Positions 1 through 9,729 of a stretch of 64,000 nucleotides of DNA are shown one piece after another. Each line of letters begins with the position of its first letter. Within the stretch, counting starts at the first letter, position 1. The translations under genes were made by a program, and so were the position numbers. The notes below the pieces were generated by a model. That model ran no database searches and was not told the DNA's origin. It saw only the letters and a program-made list of their open reading frames with translations. This DNA is from an uncultured Chryseobacterium sp. Its GTDB lineage: Bacteria > Bacteroidota > Bacteroidia > Flavobacteriales_F > PHOS-HE28. The DNA lies in the NCBI GenBank assembly GCA_964464935.1, contig CAYXKE010000007.1:8234-72233 (forward strand), read 5' to 3'.

Positions 1-1250
1 GATGGCCCGGTCCAGCGCCACCCAGCACATCACCTGGCCGTAGAGGAACCGCCGGCGGCCGCCGCGCACTTCCCAGATGCCGTTCTCCGGCAGCTCCCAG
101 TTGGTGCACACCCAGTCCACGAGCGGGCGCACGTGTGGCCACACCGCGCGTGGATCGTACGTGCCGCGCACGCTGGCGAAGTGCAGGGCATCGAGCACCT
201 CGCCGGGCACATCGAGCTGGAGTTGATGGGCCGCGGCATTCCCCACGCGCACGGGCCACGATCGGCGATGGCCCTCCAACGCCAGGATCCGCTCCTCGGT
301 GCGTCCTTCGGCGCTCACGGCATGAAGCACCTGCATCTCCGGACCTTCCACGCGCACGGTGCGCATGATCCACTGGAAGAATGCCGCGTCCTCGTCCATG
401 AATCCCGCCTGCATCATTGCGTTGAGGGTGAACGCCGCATCGCGGATCCAACAGAAGCGGTAGTCCCAGTTGCGCACCCCGCCGATCTCCTCGGGCAGTG
501 AGGCGGTGGGCGCCGCCACGATGGCTCCGCTGTCCACGTCGTGCAGCAGCTTCAACGTGAGCACGCTGCGCACCACCGCATCCCGGTATTGCCCGCGGTA
601 GGTGCAGCGCGCCGACCAGGCCGACCAGAAGGCCGATGTGGTCTCCAGCGCCCGGAACGGATCGTCGGGGGCTTCCATGCGCGGGCCGTCGAGCACGAAC
701 ACGACCCGGTCGCCGGACCGCAGGGTGAAGCGCTGCATGATGGCCCCGGCGCCCTCGTCCACCTCCCATGGCCCCGGGCCGCTGATGTGGAAGCGATCGA
801 ACCAGGCGTGCGGCCCTTCCACCGTGAAGCGCGGCCATTCGGTGGCGTGATCGGGGCGCGGGGTGCAGTACGTGAGCATGGGCACCACGCCTGCCACGCC
901 TTCCACGATGCGGATGAGCGCGCCGGGATGCGGGCGACCCGGGATGCGCGGTGACACGTCCATGAAATCGTGCGTGCGCACGGCACCATGGTCGGTGCGG
1001 TAGGTGGTGCAGAGCACGTTGGTGCCGGGCGCGTAGGCGTGGTCCGATCGGAAGGGCACCTCGGGGTGCAGCTCCCATGCGCCGCCGGCGTGGCGGTCCA
1101 GCAGGCGCGCGAAGAGGAACGGCGAGTCGAAGTGTGGCGCACAGAGCCAGGTGATGGATCCGCGGCTGCACACCAAGGCGGCCGTGCGGCAGTTGCCGAT
1201 GAGCCCATGATCGGCGATGGAGGTGGGCGGACTGCTGAGGTGGGCGCTGG

Positions 1251-1254
<4 letters not shown>
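1..1254 (-). CDS. Glycoside hydrolase family 15 protein (glucoamylase/trehalase-like); partial, 3' end runs off the window
   Basis: Absent from the ORF track because there is no stop in the window. Manual reverse translation from the ATG at 1254..1252 gives MTSAHLSSPPTSIADHGLIGNCRTAALVCSRGSIT, the N-terminal D-H/Y-G-L-I-G-N-x-x-T-A-A-L-V signature of GH15 enzymes. The ATG overlaps the otsAB stop (ATGA at 1251-1254). Confidence 0.75.
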
Positions 1255-3488
<2,234 letters not shown>

Positions 3489-3631
3489 GCCCGATGACCA
3501 CAACGCACGGACCGATCACACAGGCCGCGGCCCGCGCGGGGTTGACCGGGGCCGCCGTCCGGTCGGTGGGGCGGTGGGGCCACGCGGCGAGGTGCGGGGA
3601 CCACGCCGACAGGTACCTCCGGCCCTACATT

Positions 3632-4711
3632 ATGGCCATGCCGATCGACGGAGTTCCCATCAAAGGCCGGGGCGCCAACACGCAGGTGCCGAACCGCTTC
3701 CTGAAGCAGAGCTATGGCATCGTGCATTGGGAAGGCATCGACGAGGTGGAGGAGGAAGGGCCCGCCACCCGCTACGTGCCGGAGCACGCCAAGCGCATCG
3801 TGAACAAGGTGAACTCGCCCGACCTGCGCATGAACTGGAGCATGAACCCCTACCAAGGCTGCGAGCACGGCTGCGCATACTGCTACGCGCGCCCCACGCA
3901 TGAGTACTGGGGGTACAGCGCGGGGCTGGACTTCGAGCGGGTGATCATCGTGAAGCGCAACGCGCCCGAACTGCTGCGCGCCACGCTGATGGACCCCCGG
4001 TGGCGCCCCGAACCCATCATGTTCAGCGGCAACACCGATTGCTACCAGCCCGTGGAGCGGCGCGAGGGCATCACCCGCCGCATGCTCGAGGTGCTCCTGG
4101 AGTTCCGGCACCCGGTGAGCATGATCACCAAGAACGCTTTGATCCTGCGCGACATCGACCTCCTGGCCGAAATGGCGGCGATGCAGCTGGTGTCGGTGGC
4201 CATCAGCTTCACCACGCTGAACGAGGACCTGCGCCGGGTGTTGGAGCCGCGCACCAGCACCGGCCTCAACCGGCTGCGTACCATGGAGCGGCTCACCAAG
4301 GCCGGCGTGCCGGTGTACACCATGATCGCACCGATCATCCCGGCATTGAACGACCATGAGATGCCGCAGTTGATGGAGGCCGCCGCCAACGCGGGCGCGG
4401 TGGGGGCCGGCTACACCGTGGTGCGCACCAACGGCGCCGTGGCACCGGTGTTCGAGACCTGGCTGCGCGCCCACTTCCCCGACCGCGCGGAGAAAGTGCT
4501 GGCGCAGATCCGCGACACCCACGGTGGCCAGGTCAACGACAGCCGCTACGGCAGGCGCATGCGCGGGGAAGGCCCCTTCGCGGAGAACATCCGCCAGATC
4601 TTCCACCTGCACCGGCGCAAGCACTTCGCCGATCGCGTGGTACCGGACCTGGACCGCACCCGCTTCCGTCGGCCGCCCACCGGGCAGCTCGACCTCTTCA
4701 CGGCCGGGTAA
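3632..4711 (+). CDS. PA0069-family radical SAM protein (SplB / DNA-photolyase-like COG1533)
   Basis: Shows the CxxxCxxC motif (GCEHGCAYCYAR) and the conserved N-terminal IKGRGANTQVPNRF. The ATG at 3632 (MAMPIDG) is preferred over the arginine-rich 46-aa extension of ORF 3494..4711. Confidence 0.85.
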   Translation: MAMPIDGVPIKGRGANTQVPNRFLKQSYGIVHWEGIDEVEEEGPATRYVPEHAKRIVNKVNSPDLRMNWSMNPYQGCEHGCAYCYARPTHEYWGYSAGLDFERVIIVKRNAPELLRATLMDPRWRPEPIMFSGNTDCYQPVERREGITRRMLEVLLEFRHPVSMITKNALILRDIDLLAEMAAMQLVSVAISFTTLNEDLRRVLEPRTSTGLNRLRTMERLTKAGVPVYTMIAPIIPALNDHEMPQLMEAAANAGAVGAGYTVVRTNGAVAPVFETWLRAHFPDRAEKVLAQIRDTHGGQVNDSRYGRRMRGEGPFAENIRQIFHLHRRKHFADRVVPDLDRTRFRRPPTGQLDLFTAG

Positions 4712-4718
4712 GGCCCGC

Positions 4719-5093
4719 TCAGAGGAACAGGCTGATGGTGAAGCTGGGGCGCTCCTGATGGGCATCGTCCGCATGACGCGCCACCAGCTGGGTGAAGCGG
4801 TCCTGCGCCGCGTCGTAGATGGCCGTGACCTGAAGCACACCGTGCGGGAAGTCGATGTGGTACATCGGGCTTCGGTCATGCCCGGGCCGCGGATCGGCCG
4901 AGGGGGCCTGTTCACGCGCCACGGCGATCAAGTCCACGAAGTGGGCATCGAAGGCGTCACGCAGTTCGCGCAGCAGCATGGGCGCATCAGGCTGCAACAC
5001 GCCCACCACGAAGCCGTGGCGCTGGTGCGACACGCAGTAGTGCCGCAGCCAGGCGGTGATGTGTTCAACGGTGGTGAGCGGATCGCGGAGCAT
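4719..5093 (-). CDS. Hypothetical protein (124 aa)
   Basis: ATG-initiated ORF with high third-position GC and balanced composition. It is the last gene of a tightly packed minus-strand four-gene string. I recognise no family. Confidence 0.6.
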   Translation of the reverse strand: MLRDPLTTVEHITAWLRHYCVSHQRHGFVVGVLQPDAPMLLRELRDAFDAHFVDLIAVAREQAPSADPRPGHDRSPMYHIDFPHGVLQVTAIYDAAQDRFTQLVARHADDAHQERPSFTISLFL

Positions 5094-5099
5094 GTGGGA

Positions 5100-5588
5100 T
5101 CAGGATGGCATGCGCACGTCGAGGCCCGAGGCGCGGATGGCCAGCAGCGAAGTGGTGGCACTGGTGTGATGCACGAAGTGGCCGCCGGCGTCCTGCCAGG
5201 GGGCGCGCTGGTGTTCCTGGTCGTCCACCAGCACATCGCCGGGAGAACAGAAGCGGTGCTTGTTGCGGGCCCAGGTGGTGATGACGGGCACGCCCGGGAA
5301 GTGCTGCTGCACCCAGGCATACTTCTGGCGTGCGGCCCATCCACCCACGGGCACACCGGAAAGGATCACGGGCCGCAGGTGGCGCACGCCCGCCATGAGC
5401 TCATGGGCATCGGGCATGAGGGGCAGCCGGCCATAGAACAGGGGTGCGGCGGCCAGCTTGCGCCAGAAGGCGGCGGCGCCGTGCCGCTCCTGGTAGGCGG
5501 CTGGCGGCATCTTCAGCAGTGCTTCGGCGGCGGAGTGGAAATCCGCCAGCACACCGTCCAGGTCGAGGTATAGCTGGGCCTTGCGCAT
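5100..5588 (-). CDS. HAD-superfamily 5'(3')-deoxyribonucleotidase-like hydrolase
   Basis: N-terminal DxDGV motif (YLDLDGVLADF) and overall NT5C-like layout. Starts 2 nt after the upstream gene's stop. Confidence 0.7.
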   Translation of the reverse strand: MRKAQLYLDLDGVLADFHSAAEALLKMPPAAYQERHGAAAFWRKLAAAPLFYGRLPLMPDAHELMAGVRHLRPVILSGVPVGGWAARQKYAWVQQHFPGVPVITTWARNKHRFCSPGDVLVDDQEHQRAPWQDAGGHFVHHTSATTSLLAIRASGLDVRMPS

Positions 5589-5590
5589 GG

Positions 5591-5776
5591 TCAGCTCTTT
5601 TTCCCAGCACGTCCGCTGCCGCTCTTCTTCCCGCCACCGTCCTGTTTGTTCACGGTGGCCCAGGCGATGCGCTCGGCGGCGCTTTCAGAACGTCCCGACT
5701 TGCGGGCACTCTCCTCGATGTGCGCGGCCTGCCGCTTCTGCTTGTCGGTGTACTTGCGCTTGTCCCCGCGAGGCAT
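5591..5776 (-). CDS. Small basic protein (61 aa), MPRGDKxKYTDKQKRQAxHIEES family
   Basis: The ATG at 5776 gives MPRGDKRKYTDKQKRQAAHIEESARKSGRSESAAERIAWATVNKQDGGGKKSGSGRAGKKS. This resembles a widespread small stress-associated or 'plasmid stabilization'-annotated family as I recall it. The track ORF start at 5824 adds 16 implausible residues. Confidence 0.65.
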   Translation of the reverse strand: MPRGDKRKYTDKQKRQAAHIEESARKSGRSESAAERIAWATVNKQDGGGKKSGSGRAGKKS

Positions 5777-5836
5777 GGTCGTATGGATGTTGGTGTACGC
5801 GATGGCAGTCAGATCCGGTGCCACCGCCAGTGTGCA

Positions 5837-6100
5837 TCAGGGCACGCTGGCCCGGCCGATGAGGTGGTCCAGCTCCAGGCGCACCTCGTGGAGGGCGGGC
5901 GGCACGTTGCCCTCGGTCGCGCGCTGTGCGTCGCATTGCCGCAGCAGATGCACGAGCCTCCGCACGCGGGGATCTTCCGTGAAGTCGGTATCGGCCAGCC
6001 AGGCCTCCACGCCCACAGACATCTGGGCCGGGGAAAGCGTGAAGCGGTCCACCGCCTTGCGCAGTGCCCAGAGGCGTTCCATCAGGTGGCGGTCGTCCAT
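5837..6100 (-). CDS. Hypothetical protein (87 aa)
   Basis: Only the C-terminal 87 codons of ORF 5837..6484 (from the ATG at 6100, MDDRHLMERLWALRK) have coding-like composition, with GC3 about 88% by hand count. The upstream 128 codons are about 73% GC3 and Arg/Pro/Gly junk. Confidence 0.5.
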   Translation of the reverse strand: MDDRHLMERLWALRKAVDRFTLSPAQMSVGVEAWLADTDFTEDPRVRRLVHLLRQCDAQRATEGNVPPALHEVRLELDHLIGRASVP

Positions 6101-6134
6101 GCAGGTGGGCGTTGGGCACTGGGGTCGGGTGAGC

Positions 6135-6182
6135 GGGTGCCGGGCCAAAACCGCTTCGCTCGGTCGCAGCGGCCCGGCACCC
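6135..6182. promoter_or_regulatory. 12-bp perfect GC-rich inverted repeat (GGGTGCCGGGCC ...24 nt... GGCCCGGCACCC) in a noncoding gap
   Basis: Read directly: 6135-6146 is the exact reverse complement of 6171-6182. The 24-nt loop can form a second short stem (GCTGCG/CGAAGC on the minus strand). No U-tract follows on either strand, so it is not a canonical terminator. Confidence 0.5.
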
Positions 6183-6254
6183 GTCCATCCCATGGTGGCA
6201 GACGAGGGCAAGCCCGGTGCCAAGGCCCTGTGCCGATGCGCGAACGATGAATGA

Positions 6255-6303
6255 GCGTGGCGGATCGTGGGATCGATGCCACCGCGTGGCGGCGAGCGTG
6301 GCG
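6255..6303. repeat. Three direct copies of GCGTGGCGG (6255-6263, 6284-6292, 6295-6303), the last two tandem
   Basis: Read directly from gagcGTGGCGGatc ... ccGCGTGGCGGcgaGCGTGGCGGcac. Lies in the 368-nt noncoding gap between divergent genes. Confidence 0.55.
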
Positions 6304-6468
6304 GCACATCCCCACACGCCCCACACCGGGCGGGCCCATGCAACGGCCCGCACCCCCATCCCGCCGGATCACGCATGCCGCATGGAACGAGGCCCTGCGA
6401 CACAGGGGCGAGCCGCCCCGCCCGAAGGGTCCTTGGAACGGCACACTTCATGACCAGCCCCGATTGAG

Positions 6469-6675
6469 ATGACACAGCGCGCATATCACATCACCCAACG
6501 CCCGGACGGCCGCTGGGAGGGCCGTCGTCAGGGCTTCCAACGAGTGAGCATCCTGCACACCGACCGCAAAGTGGTGGAGGAGCGGATCAAGTCGCTCGCC
6601 GAAAAACACGGCATGCCGGTCTTCATCCAAGGCCGACAGGTGGACATCACGCAGATCGGCGGGGCAGGCCGATGA
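6469..6675 (+). CDS. DUF2188 domain-containing protein (68 aa)
   Basis: MTQRAYHITQRPDGRWEGRRQGFQRVSILHTDRKVVEERIKSLAEKHG matches the DUF2188 pattern: YHV.p..dG.W.vk.eg..ra...f.tk.eAi..a...A. Confidence 0.7.
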   Translation: MTQRAYHITQRPDGRWEGRRQGFQRVSILHTDRKVVEERIKSLAEKHGMPVFIQGRQVDITQIGGAGR

Positions 6676-6678
6676 GCC

Positions 6679-7077
6679 TCAGCGTGCACCCGCCCGGGTA
6701 TGCACCAGGCGCAGCACGCACGCCCGCCCCAGGTCGGTGTGCACCTCCTGTGCGGTGATCATGCGCTCGCGCAGCACATCATGCTCGCGGTGGCAGATGT
6801 CGGCCTGCGCCGGCGGGATGCCCGTGGTCCACGGGGCCAGGCGCGCGGCATGACCGCGGATCATCTGGCGCAGCTCTTCGAGGAGATCGCGTTGCCGCGC
6901 GAAGCGGTCGCGGAATTGCAGCAGGTCGTGGCGCAGCTCGGGGCGGCGGGCGCGATCCAGGGTGGCCAGCAGCTGCTCCTCCAGCCCAGCCAACTCCTCG
7001 TGCCAGGCATCGAGCGTGCTGGACCACTCCACGTGATCGGCGCGCATCTCGTGCAGTGTGCGGCGGGTGGTGGGCAT
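6679..7077 (-). CDS. Hypothetical helical protein (132 aa), His/Trp-containing H-x-E-W / W-H-E-E motifs
   Basis: The ATG at 7077 gives MPTTRRTLHEMRADHVEWSSTLDAWHEELAGLEEQL. Sits 13 nt downstream of the DUF326 gene on the same strand. Composition is Arg/Glu/Leu-rich, consistent with a helical protein. Confidence 0.55.
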   Translation of the reverse strand: MPTTRRTLHEMRADHVEWSSTLDAWHEELAGLEEQLLATLDRARRPELRHDLLQFRDRFARQRDLLEELRQMIRGHAARLAPWTTGIPPAQADICHREHDVLRERMITAQEVHTDLGRACVLRLVHTRAGAR

Positions 7078-7090
7078 GTTCGTGGTCCTT

Positions 7091-7429
7091 TCAGGCGGCC
7101 AGACTGTGGAGATGCTCGCGGCAGGCCTCGCTGCACTGGGCACACACGGCCGCGCATTTCACACAGTGCCAATGGTCGTGGCGGGCGCACTCGGCGCGGC
7201 AGGCGTCGCAGATGACGATGCATAGCCGCAACACGCGACCCGCGTATGGGGAGCCCCGCGCCACATAGCGCGAGGCCAGAGCGCAGATCTCGGCACAGTC
7301 GCGGTCCAACCGGATGCACGCCTGCATGGGTTCCGGCGCATCGAGGCAGGCGTCGGCGCACACCTCGCAGGCGGTGATGCATTGGAGGAGCGTGTGCATG
7401 AGCGCGTGGGTGCGTTCGTCCCTTTTCAT
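7091..7429 (-). CDS. Four-helix-bundle copper-binding protein (DUF326, cysteine-rich)
   Basis: The ATG at 7429 gives MKRDERTHALMHTLLQCITACEVCADACLD...CIRLDRDCAEICA...CIVICDACRAECARH...HCVKCAAVCAQCSEACR. This shows the repeated CxxxC/CxxC heptads typical of DUF326. Confidence 0.8.
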   Translation of the reverse strand: MKRDERTHALMHTLLQCITACEVCADACLDAPEPMQACIRLDRDCAEICALASRYVARGSPYAGRVLRLCIVICDACRAECARHDHWHCVKCAAVCAQCSEACREHLHSLAA

Positions 7430-7627
7430 GGTGCGGCGTATTGGGTCGATGTGCGTGCAAGGACAGGGCCGCTCGCGATGCCAAGGGGGCGCAGCGGGTG
7501 AAGCGGGTACGAGCGGGGCGGTGATCACCCGTGTACGAGGGCCTCATGCCCCATCTCCCGCCCCGCGCCACGGCGGGCGCAGGCCTTGCACGGTATGTGC
7601 TCCGGATGTCCCACCAAGACACCATCC

Positions 7628-7813
7628 ATGAAACTTTCCCACTTCATCGCCATCGCGCTGCTCACCCTGGGAATGGCAGCCTGCATGCCCGGTCCGGAGC
7701 CCGCCGTGGGCCGCACCCAGGGCAGCGACGACCGCGACCAGCAGCCCGACACGGCGCGCGACCACTCCCACCCCATCCGCAACATCACCGACGACAGCAC
7801 CACCACACCCTGA
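7628..7813 (+). CDS. Small putative lipoprotein (61 aa)
   Basis: MKLSHFIAIALLTLGMAAC has a signal peptide with a lipobox-like cysteine, followed by an acidic/polar tail. GC3 is high. Ends 11 nt before the DJ-1/PfpI gene. Confidence 0.55.
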   Translation: MKLSHFIAIALLTLGMAACMPGPEPAVGRTQGSDDRDQQPDTARDHSHPIRNITDDSTTTP

Positions 7814-7824
7814 ACCCCACGACC

Positions 7825-8388
7825 ATGAAGGACCAACTAAAAGGCCGGCAAGTGGCGATCCTCGCCACCGACGGATACGAGACCAGCGAACTGGACGAAC
7901 CGAGAAAGGCACTGCTGCAGGCCGGTGCCACCGTGCACGTGGTATCGCCGAAGTCCGGCACCATCAAGGGCTGGAAGAACGGCGACTGGAAAGGCAGCAC
8001 CGAGGTGGACGTGAGCCTGGAGAAGGCGCGTGCCGAGGATTATGCCGCGCTGGTGCTGCCCGGCGGTGTGATCAATCCCGACAAACTGCGGAAGGAGGAA
8101 AGTGCGGTGGACTTCGTGCGTGCCTTCTTCCAGGCCGGCAAGCCCGTGGCCGCCATCTGCCACGGCCCGTGGATGCTGGCCGAGGCCGATGTGCTGCGCG
8201 ACCGGCAGGTGACCAGCGCGGCGAGCATCCGCACCGACCTGCGCAACGCCGGTGCCCGCTGGGTGGACGAGGAAGTGGTGGTGGACAATGGGCTGGTGAC
8301 CAGCCGCGGACCGGAGGACCTGCCGGCCTTCAACGCCAAGTTGGTGGAGGAAGTGCAGGAAGGTCGCCACAACGGCCAGCAGGCTTGA
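7825..8388 (+). CDS. DJ-1/PfpI family protein (type 1 glutamine amidotransferase-like)
   Basis: The ATG at 7825 gives MKDQLKGRQVAILATDGYETSEL...VLPGG...PVAAICHGPWML, including the nucleophile-elbow Cys. Confidence 0.88.
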   Translation: MKDQLKGRQVAILATDGYETSELDEPRKALLQAGATVHVVSPKSGTIKGWKNGDWKGSTEVDVSLEKARAEDYAALVLPGGVINPDKLRKEESAVDFVRAFFQAGKPVAAICHGPWMLAEADVLRDRQVTSAASIRTDLRNAGARWVDEEVVVDNGLVTSRGPEDLPAFNAKLVEEVQEGRHNGQQA

Positions 8389-8391
8389 ACC

Positions 8392-8631
8392 ATGGCCGCA
8401 CCACGCCAACCCCGTCCGCGCATCGCGCCGCCCCCGCGCCGCGAAGAGCCGCAGATCCTGCCTCCCGCCGAGGAGCCGACCGCACCACCGGACGCCCCGC
8501 CCACGCGAACGCCGGTGGAGCCGCCCATCACCGAGCCCACCGAAGCGCCCACCACCCCACCGGACGCGCCGCAGGCCGACCCGCCCACGGAGAAGCCCAC
8601 CTGGCCGCGCCCCCAGCAGCCCACACCTTAA
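8392..8631 (+). CDS. Possible proline-rich small protein (79 aa)
   Basis: The ATG lies 4 nt after the DJ-1 stop. GC3 is about 84% by hand count. The sequence has loosely repeated EPT-x-APP / DAP units. It could still be a chance ORF in GC-rich DNA. Confidence 0.35.
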   Translation: MAAPRQPRPRIAPPPRREEPQILPPAEEPTAPPDAPPTRTPVEPPITEPTEAPTTPPDAPQADPPTEKPTWPRPQQPTP

Positions 8632-9494
8632 CCATTGACCACTTCGCCCCCGTTGGGGTGCAGCACCTGGCCGGTCATGTACGTGCTGGCCGGTGAGGCG
8701 AGGAACACGAAGCTCGGCGCGATCTCCTCGGGCTGGCCCGCGCGCCCCAGCGGCACATCACTGCCGAAGCTGGCCACCTGCGCCTTGGTGAAGGTGGAGG
8801 GGATCAGCGGTGTCCACACCGGGCCGGGCGCCACGGCGTTCACCCGGATACCGCGCTTGGCCAGCGATGCGGAGAGCGAACGCGTGAAGCTCACAATGGC
8901 CCCTTTCGTCGCCGCGTAGTCCACCAGGTGGCCACTGCCGCGGTAGGCGGTGACGGACGTGGTGTTGATGATGCGCCCGCCCTTCTTCATGTGGCGCAGG
9001 GCGGCGCGCGTCACGGAGAAGTACGAGAGGATGTTCACCTTGAAGGTGTGCTCCAGCTGCCTGCGGTCGATGTCCTCGAAGCGCTCCTGCGGGAACTGCA
9101 CAGCGGCGTTGTTCACCACGATGTCGATGCGACCAAAGGCCTTGATGGTGCGCTCCACCACGCGGCGGCAGTGCGCCTCCCGGCCCAGGTCGCCGGGCAG
9201 CAGCAGACAGCGGCCGCCCATGGCCTCCACGGCCGCGGCGGTGTCGCGCGCATCGGGATGTTCGCTCAGGTAGGCGATCGCCACGTTCGCACCCTCCTTG
9301 GCGAAGGCGATGGCCACCGCCCGGCCGATGCCACTGTCGCCCCCGGTGATCAATGCGGTCTCGCCCACCAGAGCACCGGTGCCGGGCAGGTCCTTGTTCA
9401 CGGCGATGGGGCGCGGGCGCATGGCCTGCTCCCGGCCGGGGCGCCGCTGCTTCTGGGGCGGGCGCACACGACGTGGCTTGCGGGATGACTGCAT
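8628..9494 (-). CDS. SDR-family oxidoreductase, YghA/YdaD-like (general-stress type)
   Basis: Motifs seen: TGGDSGIGRA cofactor motif, NNAA, and Y-x-x-x-K (YAATKGA). The N-terminal PPQKQRRPGREQAMRPRP is typical of this subfamily. The ATG at 9494 (MQSSRK) is preferred over the track start at 9581. Confidence 0.88.
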   Translation of the reverse strand: MQSSRKPRRVRPPQKQRRPGREQAMRPRPIAVNKDLPGTGALVGETALITGGDSGIGRAVAIAFAKEGANVAIAYLSEHPDARDTAAAVEAMGGRCLLLPGDLGREAHCRRVVERTIKAFGRIDIVVNNAAVQFPQERFEDIDRRQLEHTFKVNILSYFSVTRAALRHMKKGGRIINTTSVTAYRGSGHLVDYAATKGAIVSFTRSLSASLAKRGIRVNAVAPGPVWTPLIPSTFTKAQVASFGSDVPLGRAGQPEEIAPSFVFLASPASTYMTGQVLHPNGGEVVNG

Positions 9495-9729
9495 GGAATG
9501 AGGTCCGGCCGTTGGGGCACGGAAACCGATCGCGGCGAACCACGTGCCACCTCCCAATACACATGGTGTGGGCAGCCGCACGGGTGGCAGCGGGGCATCG
9601 CCTCCTCAAAACGGGGGTTGATGCACGGCATCGGCCCGAAGTGCCCCACCGGGAACCGGGCAATGGCGCAGGTGCCCTCGGCCTGCGGCCGCCCGGAGCC
9701 GCCTACATTCACCGCCCGATCCCAAGGAC

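Noticed and set aside
6101-6468. Possibility that the 368-nt gap encodes RNase P RNA, tmRNA, SRP RNA or a known riboswitch
   Set aside because: On neither strand could I find the hallmark strings, for example GAGGAAAGUCC for RNase P or a tRNA-like end plus tag ORF for tmRNA. It is kept only as an unexplained structured or regulatory region. A covariance-model scan would be decisive.
9398-9712. 104-aa minus-strand ORF with a CHPCGCPHH string in the SDR / beta-helix intergenic region
   Set aside because: It overlaps the true SDR start in a different frame, has poor composition, and has no supporting motif beyond a short Cys/His run. It is probably a chance ORF in a 235-nt divergent promoter region.
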